From: Acholeplasmataceae bacterium
Lineage (GTDB): Bacteria > Bacillota_I > Bacilli_A > Acholeplasmatales > Acholeplasmataceae
Length of the DNA: 48,484 nucleotides
Direction of reading: 5' to 3'
Assembly (NCBI GenBank): GCA_041656835.1
Contig: JBBACV010000001.1
Span: forward strand, 1-48,484
The position numbers and the translations under genes were made by a program. Positions within the stretch are counted from its first letter, which is position 1; the number at the start of each line of letters is the position of its first letter. The notes under the pieces are model-generated. The model was not told the DNA's origin, did no database searches, and worked only from the letters and a program-made list of their open reading frames with translations. Shown in pieces: positions 20,660-29,205 of this stretch.

Positions 20660-20745
20660 TAGGACATTTTTGTCCTAGTCAAAAACATATTATAGGACAA
20701 TTATGTCCTAATCTACTTGGCATTATAGGACAAAATGTTTATAAT
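20660..20745 (+). promoter_or_regulatory. Promoter with three operator sites at 33-bp spacing
   Basis: TAGGACA-TTTT-TGTCCTA (20660), TAGGACA-ATTA-TGTCCTA (20693) and half-site TAGGACA (20726). The half-site lies between -35 TTGGCA (20717) and -10 TATAAT (20740), which are 17 bp apart. Confidence 0.85.
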
Positions 20746-20760
20746 GTAGATGGTGATTGT

Positions 20761-21225
20761 ATGACTATAAAAGAAAAAAGAAAACAACTAAATATAACTC
20801 AATCTAAATTAGCTGATCTTATCGGGGTTTCTTCAAGAACTATTCGTAGATATGAAAATGGAGAAATTGATAAATTTAAAGAAAAATATGTATTAGACTT
20901 TTTAAATGACCTTAATAAAGTTGATGAAACACATGGAATACTAAAAATAGATGACATTATTAAGGGCATAGGTGAGGTCGCTAATAAATACAAAATAGAT
21001 TTTGTCTATCTTTTTGGTTCATATGCTAAAGATAGTGCAAACCCACTTTCCGATGTCGACTTACTCATTAAAACAAGTGAAAAAGGACTAAATTACTTCG
21101 GTTTAATTGAAGAGATAAGAACAACACTAAATAAGAAGATAAATGCCATTAGTTTAGATGTTTTAATAAATAATAAAGATTTATTAAATAACATCCTAAA
21201 AGACGGGGTAAAAATATATGGATAA
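20761..21225 (+). CDS. XRE-HTH fused to minimal nucleotidyltransferase (MntA-type antitoxin)
   Basis: TQSKLADLIGVSSRTIRRYENG helix-turn-helix; YLFGSYAKDSANPLSDVDLLI (GSX10DXD); ends GVKIYG. Confidence 0.9.
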   Translation: MTIKEKRKQLNITQSKLADLIGVSSRTIRRYENGEIDKFKEKYVLDFLNDLNKVDETHGILKIDDIIKGIGEVANKYKIDFVYLFGSYAKDSANPLSDVDLLIKTSEKGLNYFGLIEEIRTTLNKKINAISLDVLINNKDLLNNILKDGVKIYG

Positions 21226-21355
21226 GGTTAAAGATAATAAGTACTATTTAGAGGAAGTTTTAAAGATATAAAGTATAAACTAACAATGAAAAATTAAATA
21301 TAAAGACTATCTAAAGGATAAAAGAATTATAAAAATACTGGACAGCGTGAAATAA
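21218..21355 (+). pseudogene. Remnant of HEPN/DUF86 (HepT-like) toxin gene
   Basis: ATG overlaps the MNT stop and reads MDKVKDNKYYLEEVLK, then frameshift/stops, then KYKDYLKDKRIIKILDSV. Resembles DUF86 N-termini; the RX4-6H catalytic half is absent. Confidence 0.6.
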
Positions 21356-21381
21356 AATAATATTCTTCACCAAAGCCCATT

Positions 21382-21421
21382 AAAAAAATACCACCCTAAC
21401 TTTAAGGTGGTAAATTTTTTT
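21382..21421. terminator. Bidirectional intrinsic terminator
   Basis: A-tract, TACCACC...GGTGGTA stem, T-tract, between convergent units. Confidence 0.7.
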
Positions 21422-21430
21422 GAAATTCTA

Positions 21431-21958
21431 TTAATAATCGATTTGTCTAAAGCTCATTAACGTGTAAGTTATCATCGCAATAGGAATTAAAGCTCTAATA
21501 TATGATTGAAAGATTATTAAAAACATTTGTAAGGAATGAAACATATACTGACTTAAGTATACTCCTTCAGCTAATGATACTAAAATTAATGGTAGTGATA
21601 AAATAATAATAACGATTCTTTTGGTTGGATTATTAAAGTCACTATAATAAAAGTTTAAAGCAAAGAAATAAATAGCTACATATTGAAGTAGAATAAATAA
21701 TTCAGTTAAATCTAAATAACTTCCTGGATTTAGAAAATAATTTATTAAACCATGAACTATTATCATTGCTGATGCTAAGACTAAAACATATCTACTATTA
21801 TCATTACGATCTAAGTATAAAGCTCCTAAAAATAAAAGGGCTGATAAATTACCTAAAATAATATTAATGTCTCCAAAAACTGCACCAAAAAATAAAATAA
21901 ACCCAAATTCTATAATAAAGAATATAAACATTATTTTTTGTCTTTTAGATAAATACAT
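21431..21958 (-). CDS. Hypothetical polytopic membrane protein
   Basis: About 6 hydrophobic segments; RBS AGGAG. Confidence 0.75.
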   Translation of the reverse strand: MYLSKRQKIMFIFFIIEFGFILFFGAVFGDINIILGNLSALLFLGALYLDRNDNSRYVLVLASAMIIVHGLINYFLNPGSYLDLTELFILLQYVAIYFFALNFYYSDFNNPTKRIVIIILSLPLILVSLAEGVYLSQYMFHSLQMFLIIFQSYIRALIPIAMITYTLMSFRQIDY

Positions 21959-21966
21959 ACTTACTC

Positions 21967-22785
21967 CTAATTGCTAATATAAAATCCAATTGAGTTTGGT
22001 CCAAACATATGACCAACTACAAATGAAATTTCATCATAAATATTAATTTGATAGTTTTTATTTAAATTTTCTAAAAATCTTTTCATATTTAAACTATTTC
22101 CGGTATGGAAAATAGTAATATTAGGCTTTAAACCACTATCAATATGATTAATAATTATTTTCTTTAAATATTTATAAATAAAATTAGTTCCATATGATTG
22201 TTTAATAACATTAAAATGATTATCATATGTTAAAAGATAATATACCGGTAACATCGATTCAACAATCGATGTTTTTAAGCCTTTAACATTTGGTAAATGT
22301 TCAGTTGAATCCGATGAAACTATTAACATTCCTTCTTTAATATCTTCAGCTAATAGTTTTAAGATATTATTGAATTTAAGGTTTGCCTGAACATATTGAT
22401 TTAGTTTGTTAATTAAGCTACTTACTCCCGGACCAAATGTTTTAGAATCAATTATATATATTTCTTCATCATTTAAAATTGTTTTAGCAAGATTAGCATT
22501 ATGATAACTATTAATTAATTCATTAGATGTTAATAAACAAACTACTTTTTCATATCCTAAAGCTTTTTGATTTTTAAAGGCTTTAATAAATTCATCTACA
22601 CTTGGTGGGTTAATTATTAGTTTCTCTTTTTTTAGTGACATAAAAAAAGAGTCATCAAAATCATTACTATGGTAAGTCTTATTATTTAATAAAAAACTTA
22701 CATTAACAGTATCTCTATCTTTAAAATATTTATTATTAAATTTATCTTTGGTAATCGAATCGATTACTAACCCTATTTTTCTCAT
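21967..22785 (-). CDS. DegV-family fatty-acid-binding protein (divergent)
   Basis: KIGLVIDS N-terminus, PSVDEF, IYIIDSKT, VGHMFGPNSIG C-terminus. Confidence 0.8.
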   Translation of the reverse strand: MRKIGLVIDSITKDKFNNKYFKDRDTVNVSFLLNNKTYHSNDFDDSFFMSLKKEKLIINPPSVDEFIKAFKNQKALGYEKVVCLLTSNELINSYHNANLAKTILNDEEIYIIDSKTFGPGVSSLINKLNQYVQANLKFNNILKLLAEDIKEGMLIVSSDSTEHLPNVKGLKTSIVESMLPVYYLLTYDNHFNVIKQSYGTNFIYKYLKKIIINHIDSGLKPNITIFHTGNSLNMKRFLENLNKNYQINIYDEISFVVGHMFGPNSIGFYISN

Positions 22786-22791
22786 AATAAC

Positions 22792-23259
22792 CTAAAATAT
22801 TCTAAAAATTAAAAATCCAATAATTCCGAATATAGCTCCTAAGATAACGCCGATTAATACTTCGACAGGTTTATGTCCTAAAGCTTCCTTTAACTTTTTT
22901 TCTTCTGCTTCAATGTTTTCGATTAAATTTAGTCTAAATTTAATTTGATTTAATTCTCTTGCGTGTTTTGATGATTCATATCTAATTCCCATGGAATCAT
23001 GAATAACAACTAAGGCTAAAACTAATGACACCACAAAAGGGTAATCTAAAAGATTATTATCATGGTATTGAAAAAGACCGATTGAAACAGCTAGTGAAGT
23101 TACTAAAGCACTATGACTTGATGGCATTCCACCTGTTGAAAAAAAGATCTTTTCATCAAATTTTTTATTAATAGAAGCGTGAATACAAAATTTAATGAAT
23201 TGAGTCAACAATAAAGATGTAATTGTAATAATGATAATTGCATGGGTTGACTCAATCAT
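22792..23259 (-). CDS. Divergent PAP2 / DUF212 (YuiD-like) membrane protein
   Basis: TGGMPSSHSA, VIHDSMGIR, LKEALGHKPVEV. Confidence 0.92.
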   Translation of the reverse strand: MIESTHAIIIITITSLLLTQFIKFCIHASINKKFDEKIFFSTGGMPSSHSALVTSLAVSIGLFQYHDNNLLDYPFVVSLVLALVVIHDSMGIRYESSKHARELNQIKFRLNLIENIEAEEKKLKEALGHKPVEVLIGVILGAIFGIIGFLIFRIF

Positions 23260-23491
23260 TTAATGCGACCACCGCGATTACTCCAGGAACAGTTTCTAGT
23301 AACATAGTTTCTATTCCTTGTTTTAGGGTAACGTCAATTGCCGCACAACCAACACATGCACCACCCATTTTTACATATACTATTCCATCTTCAACATTAA
23401 CTAATTCGATATCGCCACCATCTCTTAAAACATATGGTCTTACTTTATCAATTACAAAGTTAACTTCTTTTTGAATATTGTTTATTTCCAT
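23252..23491 (-). CDS. NifU/Nfu Fe-S carrier (YutI-like)
   Basis: VRPYVLRDGGDIELV, GACVGC. Confidence 0.93.
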   Translation of the reverse strand: MEINNIQKEVNFVIDKVRPYVLRDGGDIELVNVEDGIVYVKMGGACVGCAAIDVTLKQGIETMLLETVPGVIAVVALND

Positions 23492-23495
23492 AGTA

Positions 23496-23783
23496 TCATT
23501 CCTTTACTTCTTTTATTCTTCTTAATACAAAGAATGCACAATTATAGTTACATGATTCATTAATATAATCAGGGATTTTTTTATAACTGTTATCACTTTT
23601 ATAATTTTGAGAGAACCCTTTTAATCTTAATATATTTGCCGATACATCACCAACGATATAATTATACCGATCAAACACTTCACTTGTGTATGAATCGATA
23701 AATTGTTTTAAGTTAAAGGCATCTTTATAGTTTTTAATTAACTCAAAATTTCCAATTTCTGTTTCAATTAACATTTTAATCAT
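23496..23783 (-). CDS. YutD / DUF1027 family protein
   Basis: YNYIVGD, LRLKGF, DYINESCNYNCAFFVL. Confidence 0.88.
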   Translation of the reverse strand: MIKMLIETEIGNFELIKNYKDAFNLKQFIDSYTSEVFDRYNYIVGDVSANILRLKGFSQNYKSDNSYKKIPDYINESCNYNCAFFVLRRIKEVKE

Positions 23784-24307
23784 CCTTTAAGATATGAGTT
23801 TAGGGGGATATCATGATTTTCGGTCATAAACTCCACTTCCTCACCTTGATATATTATACCAATTTTATAGTTATTATGATAAACTTTGAAAAATTTATCA
23901 TAATATCCGGCACCATGACCTAATCGGTAATTATTTTTAGTCATTCCTAGGGCCGGTACTAAGTATAATTCAATATTTTTACTAATATCTTTTGAGCCAT
24001 TTGGCTCAAAAGCCCCATACTTAGTTTTAATAAAGTTTATTCCTTTTTTATATTCCACAAAAAACATTTCTTTATTTATTATTTTAGGAAAACAAAATCT
24101 TTTTTCAGGAAATAGTTTTATTAATTCTAATAAATCTATTTCATATTTAATTGGATAATATAAAGCTATAATATTAGCTTTAAGAAAGTTTTTGTTTACC
24201 TTTAGTTGATTAATGATATTTAAACTTGCGAGGTTTTTTTCTTTAACAGTCTTTTTTAAACGATTGTTTAAAATAATTTGTCGGTGTTCTTTTTTACTTA
24301 ATATCAC
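23780..24307 (-). CDS. 5-formyltetrahydrofolate cyclo-ligase
   Basis: LVPALG, RLGHGAGYYDKF, HDIPL. Likely start GTG 24307; the ORF track extends to 24352. Confidence 0.9.
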   Translation of the reverse strand: MILSKKEHRQIILNNRLKKTVKEKNLASLNIINQLKVNKNFLKANIIALYYPIKYEIDLLELIKLFPEKRFCFPKIINKEMFFVEYKKGINFIKTKYGAFEPNGSKDISKNIELYLVPALGMTKNNYRLGHGAGYYDKFFKVYHNNYKIGIIYQGEEVEFMTENHDIPLNSYLKG

Positions 24308-25874
24308 TGAAATAGAGTCCTTGGCTTTTATATTTGTTAGATAATACTTCATTTAAAGCTATTTTAGTGTTTTGATAAAGATCATTAGCATTTATCGCTT
24401 CTGAATACATTGAAGCAATCCCGATATAAGCTTTAACTTCAAACTTAATTGCTCCTCGTTCTAATAAAATATTTAAATAATTTTCTTTACTCATTATCCC
24501 ATCTTTAATCAGAGCCATTTTTCTTTGATCAGTTAATGTAAATGCGAACTCTAACCCGCTTAACCTAAAAATATCTGAGCTTTCTGTTAAAAAGGTTTGA
24601 CTAATTCTCGTTAAATAATGTCCGATTGCCATATTTCCTATTTGGCGACCAAACTTTTCATTTATTTCAGGAATATTATTTAATTTAATAATTGCTAATT
24701 GAAAAGGTCTTTCTTTTTTGATTAAACTATTTAAATATGGAATTAAGTATTCTTCATCTTTTATTTCATCTAAAATATCAACACCGGTTTTTCTAAAATG
24801 GTTTGTTTTTATGGGTTTTATCGTTCCCATGATAATGCGGTGTTTGCGGTCATCAAATAATCTTTTTCCTTTTTCACTAACCCAGATTTCATCATTTAAA
24901 TTTAGGCGATATGAAACTTCATAATCTGATTTACCTGGGGTTAAATCAGATAATATCTTTTGATATTTTTTAAAATCATCAGGATTAATTAAGTTTTCAT
25001 ATTCATTAAGATTTAAAATATTAGTTGGAAGCTTTAATTGTCTTCTAATGTTTTCATTAAACCATATCGTTTGTTCATCTAAATCTATTGAAAAGAATCC
25101 TTCGGCAGTTAGTTCTAAAGTAGTTAGAAATTTATATCTAATTGATTCTAAATCATCGTTAGTTTTTTGAAGTTCTGCTTCAGCCATCATTAAATGTTCA
25201 TTAGATTTTTTTTCACCAATATTAATTCGCCCTCTATATCGGCCAAAAGTATAGATTGGTTGTAGACCTAAATTAATAATTACTAACTCTCCATTATAGT
25301 TTTGAAATTGAAGTTCCGTTAACTTATATTCATTAGGTTTAGTTTCTTTTTTATAATTAATGAAATATTTTTCTAAATCTTTATTATTTGTTTCTAAATC
25401 ATCCATTTTAACAAATCTAATTTTTTTATTAAAAATATTAAATAATTTTTTTCCGATTACTTCACTTTTATCTAAATTAAGTTCAATTAATAAAGAATCA
25501 GACATATCTTTAATTCGTTCTTTATGATCAACTATAAAATATAAGTTCCATTTAGTTTTAATTAATCCATTTTTTAATAGTTGATATTGGGCGCCAGCTA
25601 TAAATGAATTTTTAAAAGTTTGGTAAAAAGATATTAAAAAGATAGCATATATAAAATAACTATATATTAAATAAGCTAATATGTAATCTTCGTTTATTAA
25701 AATATATTTTTCATAAATAAAAAACAAAAACACAAATAAAGATACATTAACAAATGATAATGTTAATCTATTTTTTAAAAGTCTTTCTTTTAAAATTGAC
25801 TCAGCGATAATTAAAACAACTATAAATACCGCAATAATTATTCCAAATATTGGGTGTTGTATATATTTTTCCAT
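24294..25874 (-). CDS. Membrane sensor: 3 TM - PAS - PAS - degenerate GGDEF
   Basis: Three N-terminal TMs; PAS-like segments (SEVIGKKL; INPDD..YEVSYRL..IWVSEKG); GGDEF-like INEKFGRQIGN..IFRLSGLEFA with the A-site changed to SGLEF. Confidence 0.8.
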   Translation of the reverse strand: MEKYIQHPIFGIIIAVFIVVLIIAESILKERLLKNRLTLSFVNVSLFVFLFFIYEKYILINEDYILAYLIYSYFIYAIFLISFYQTFKNSFIAGAQYQLLKNGLIKTKWNLYFIVDHKERIKDMSDSLLIELNLDKSEVIGKKLFNIFNKKIRFVKMDDLETNNKDLEKYFINYKKETKPNEYKLTELQFQNYNGELVIINLGLQPIYTFGRYRGRINIGEKKSNEHLMMAEAELQKTNDDLESIRYKFLTTLELTAEGFFSIDLDEQTIWFNENIRRQLKLPTNILNLNEYENLINPDDFKKYQKILSDLTPGKSDYEVSYRLNLNDEIWVSEKGKRLFDDRKHRIIMGTIKPIKTNHFRKTGVDILDEIKDEEYLIPYLNSLIKKERPFQLAIIKLNNIPEINEKFGRQIGNMAIGHYLTRISQTFLTESSDIFRLSGLEFAFTLTDQRKMALIKDGIMSKENYLNILLERGAIKFEVKAYIGIASMYSEAINANDLYQNTKIALNEVLSNKYKSQGLYFSDIK

Positions 25875-25882
25875 CTTTATTC

Positions 25883-26059
25883 CTAACTAATTAATTCCGG
25901 GTATACATATTTAAAAAAGACAAATCCTAAAGCAACAAAAAATGCGATTACATAAATTAACCATTTATTTCGGTCAAAAAAAGCAACAACTTTATTAGAA
26001 AAAGTTCTTGAACCAACAAACTTAATAGGTTCAATTATAAAATGTAATATTTTTTTCAT
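25883..26059 (-). CDS. Unannotated 58-aa single-TM membrane peptide
   Basis: MKKILHFIIEPIKFVGSRTFSNKVVAFFDRNKWLIYVIAFFVALGFVFFKYVYPELIS*; RBS AGGTGA. Fills the gap between cdaA and the sensor gene with 8-bp spacers on both sides. Confidence 0.8.
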   Translation of the reverse strand: MKKILHFIIEPIKFVGSRTFSNKVVAFFDRNKWLIYVIAFFVALGFVFFKYVYPELIS

Positions 26060-26067
26060 CTTTTCAC

Positions 26068-26820
26068 CTACTTCATAAATAACGTTAAATATTCATTTAA
26101 CGAATGAACATCTTTTAATGTCGTCATTACGCCATTAACAGCAACCGATATGCTCCCGGTTTCCTCTGAAACAACTACCGTTAAAGAGTCGGTTATTTCT
26201 GAAATACCTAATGCGGCACGGTGCCTAGAACCAGTAGTTTTATCAAATTCTCCACTTGATGTTAAAACATAATAAGCTCCCGCACATAATATTTTATCAC
26301 CTCTAATAATAACTGCTCCATCATGTAGTGGAGTATTTGGCGTAAATATATTAGTTAATAATTCTTTTGATACATCTGAATTTAACATAATCGCTGTTTG
26401 AGCGTATTGATCTAAGGTATTGTGTTTTTCGATTGTTATTAAAGCGCCAACTTTACTTTTAGCTAAAATAGAAACTGAGTTTAATATCTCATTTTTAGTC
26501 CGGTCTGTACCCATCAATAAACTTTGACTTTTGATTGATTCTTTCCATAAAGTCTCCAAAGTTAACCTTATATCTGGAGCACCAACAACTAATATAAAAA
26601 TAAGAAATACTAAAGGTACATTTCTATATACCTCTCTTGAAACCTTTAAATCCAAAACTTCGGCAAGAAGAAATAGTCCCAACATTAAAAGGAAAAAGAA
26701 AAACATTGATAATAGTCTTTTATTATGTAAAACAAATTTTAATATTACAACAACCAAAATATAGACTAAATAAAAGTCAAGTAAAGTAAACCATGTTAAT
26801 TCACTAGCCCATGCTGGCAT
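26068..26820 (-). CDS. cdaA: Diadenylate cyclase, CdaA/DacA type
   Basis: Three TMs, GALITIE, NTPLHDGAVII, GSRHRAALGISE, VVSEETG. Confidence 0.95.
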   Translation of the reverse strand: MPAWASELTWFTLLDFYLVYILVVVILKFVLHNKRLLSMFFFFLLMLGLFLLAEVLDLKVSREVYRNVPLVFLIFILVVGAPDIRLTLETLWKESIKSQSLLMGTDRTKNEILNSVSILAKSKVGALITIEKHNTLDQYAQTAIMLNSDVSKELLTNIFTPNTPLHDGAVIIRGDKILCAGAYYVLTSSGEFDKTTGSRHRAALGISEITDSLTVVVSEETGSISVAVNGVMTTLKDVHSLNEYLTLFMK

Positions 26821-26940
26821 AATAATCCCTTCTTTCTAAATATATTGACTATCTAAATTATAACATGTATTAACAAGATTTTTAAATTATATTAACATAC
26901 ATGATATAATTATTTTAGATAACAATTGAAAAAGGATACT

Positions 26941-28194
26941 ATGAAAAAGAAAATTGATAAAGCTATTTTAATCGGAATAAATCCCAGTGATAATTACATA
27001 AAATACAAAGAATCTTTAGAAGAGTTAGAAAACTTGGCATTGGCATGCCAGATTATAACTGTGGATAAAATTATTCAAACTGTTCCTAAAATAAACCCTA
27101 AATATTATATGGGAAGTGGTAAAGTTTTAGAAGTTAAAAAATTAGCCGATATTTTAGATGCTAATATTGTAATATTTGATGATCCATTATCACCCAGTCA
27201 ACTTAGAAACTTAGAAAAAGACTTAGATGTTCAAGTTTATGATCGTTCATTTTTAATTTTACAAATTTTTAGTATGAGAGCCCAGTCTAAACAATCCTAT
27301 CTTGAAGTCTCCTTAGCTCAAAAATTATATATGTTACCAAGACTTGTTGGGATGAGAAACTCTCTTTCTAGACAAGGGGGTAGTTCTTTTAATGCTAGAG
27401 GTCCCGGAGAAATGAAGTTAGAACTTGACCGCCGTAAATTAAACCGCGAAATCTCTCAAATTAAAAAGGAGTTAGAAATCGTTAAAAAAGAACGATTAAC
27501 AAGCTTAAAAAGAAGAACTAACAATGAAATTCCGATTGTAGCATTAGTAGGATATACTAATGCCGGTAAATCATCTTTAATGAATTCATTTATTAATTTA
27601 TATGGTGTTAATAAAGAAATGGTTGTTGAAAAAGATCTTCTTTTTACTACCTTAGATACTAAAGCTAAAAAAATTAAAAAAGATGATCATGCTCCTTTTA
27701 TACTAATTGACACAGTTGGGTTTATTGAAAAACTACCTAATGAATTAATCAATGCTTTTGAATCAACTCTTCTTGATATTATTAATGCTGATTTAATTTT
27801 ACATGTAGTTGATGGACTAAATCCATCAACTACTCAAATAAATTTTACTCGTGATTTATTAAAACGTTTAAAAGCTGATCATATTACAAGACTCTTAATA
27901 ATTACTAAAAAAGATTTAAGAACTAAAAATCCTGAAGTTTTAGAAGATTACTTATATATCTCTAATAAAACCAAAGAGGGAATTAAAGAGTTATATCAAG
28001 CAATCGATAGTAATTTATACTTAGATTCTAAAATATATAACCTAACACTACCTTTTAATAAAGGAAATCTATTTGATTATTTAAAAGATAATGCTAGAAT
28101 AATTAACACTAATTATACTGAAGAAGGAATTAACTTAAGAGTTTTACTAACCCCTAAACAAAAATCATTAATTGAAAAATATATCAATACCTAA
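26941..28194 (+). CDS. hflX: GTPase HflX
   Basis: LSPSQLRNLE, GPGEMKLELDRR, LVGYTNAGKSS, FTTLD, DTVGFI. ATG 26941 after AAGGA. Confidence 0.97.
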   Translation: MKKKIDKAILIGINPSDNYIKYKESLEELENLALACQIITVDKIIQTVPKINPKYYMGSGKVLEVKKLADILDANIVIFDDPLSPSQLRNLEKDLDVQVYDRSFLILQIFSMRAQSKQSYLEVSLAQKLYMLPRLVGMRNSLSRQGGSSFNARGPGEMKLELDRRKLNREISQIKKELEIVKKERLTSLKRRTNNEIPIVALVGYTNAGKSSLMNSFINLYGVNKEMVVEKDLLFTTLDTKAKKIKKDDHAPFILIDTVGFIEKLPNELINAFESTLLDIINADLILHVVDGLNPSTTQINFTRDLLKRLKADHITRLLIITKKDLRTKNPEVLEDYLYISNKTKEGIKELYQAIDSNLYLDSKIYNLTLPFNKGNLFDYLKDNARIINTNYTEEGINLRVLLTPKQKSLIEKYINT

Positions 28195-28207
28195 AAAGGA
28201 AAACAAT

Positions 28208-29065
28208 ATGAAAGACTACATCCTAACCGCGACCGCTTATAATAATGAAGTTAGAATTTATACCGCTAGAACAACTAACTTAGTTGAAGAATCAAGAAAA
28301 ATCCATGGTACCTATAAAACAGCAACCGCAGCTTTAGGAAGACTCCTAACTGCAGCTTCTATGATGTCTTTAATGACTGACGAACTTAGAATATCTTTAA
28401 AAATAGAAAGCGATGGTCCTATTTCACCTATTAGTGTAATAGCTAAAGAAGGCCTTGTCAAAGGATACTTAGGTAACCCTCATGTTTACTTTACCCATAA
28501 CAACGGCAAACTTGATGTTAAAAGTGCCGTTGGTGATGGATTTTTATACGTAACACGAGATATAAATAATAATTATTATACATCATCATCTAAATTAGTA
28601 AGCGGTGAAATAGCCGAAGACTTAACTTATTATTTTGCACACTCTGAGCAAATACCTTCAAGTGTTGGCTTGGGAGTATTAACTGAAGATAAAAAAGCAA
28701 TCACTGCTGGTGGCTTTATTATTCAATTAATGCCTTTTGCAAAAGAAGAAACAATTTCAACGATTGAATCAATCATCACTAACATTAAACCAATAACAAC
28801 CCTTTTAGAAGAAGGATATACTCCAGAAAAACTATTGAGTCTTTTAGCTAATAATACCGAAAAAATATTATTAAAAAAAGAAACTAAGTATCACTGTGGG
28901 TGTAGTAAAGAAAACTTTAAAGAGGGATTATTAAAGTTAGATAAAGATATTTTAGTAGAAATGTTATTAGAAGACAAACAAATTGAAATTATTTGTGAAT
29001 ACTGCAAAAAGAAATATCTATTTAATGAAGATGAATTAAAAGAACTAATTTCACTTAAACAATAA
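28208..29065 (+). CDS. hslO: Hsp33 redox-regulated chaperone
   Basis: ALGRLLTA, SGEIAEDLTYYFAHSEQIPS, AGGFIIQLMP, CGCS..CEYC. ATG 28208 after AAGGA. Confidence 0.96.
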   Translation: MKDYILTATAYNNEVRIYTARTTNLVEESRKIHGTYKTATAALGRLLTAASMMSLMTDELRISLKIESDGPISPISVIAKEGLVKGYLGNPHVYFTHNNGKLDVKSAVGDGFLYVTRDINNNYYTSSSKLVSGEIAEDLTYYFAHSEQIPSSVGLGVLTEDKKAITAGGFIIQLMPFAKEETISTIESIITNIKPITTLLEEGYTPEKLLSLLANNTEKILLKKETKYHCGCSKENFKEGLLKLDKDILVEMLLEDKQIEIICEYCKKKYLFNEDELKELISLKQ

Positions 29066-29096
29066 CTTTATCTGATAAATGTAATAAATACCTAAT

Positions 29097-29178
29097 TTTT
29101 TATTTGAAAAGTGTATTTAATTGACTTGTTTTCATTTGAAAAGTGTAATTAATCTTGATTATTTTGTTTGAAAAGCGT
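29097..29178 (+). repeat. Three direct repeats at 32-bp period upstream of the AAA-DUF4143 gene
   Basis: TTTGAAAAG(T/C)GT at 29103, 29135 and 29167; the middle copy is part of the palindrome TTTTCA-TT-TGAAAA. Confidence 0.85.
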
Positions 29179-29205
29179 CTAATTTAACTGTAGTGAGGTT
29201 GAAAA

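Noticed and set aside
20648-20745. Triple palindromic repeat as a mini-CRISPR array
   Set aside because: The 33-bp period leaves only about 15-nt spacers, there are no cas genes, and the repeats overlap a promoter; an operator array fits better. The same applies to 29097-29178.
24294-24352. 6S RNA upstream of 5-formyl-THF cyclo-ligase
   Set aside because: The gene overlaps the upstream CDS, so there is no intergenic space.
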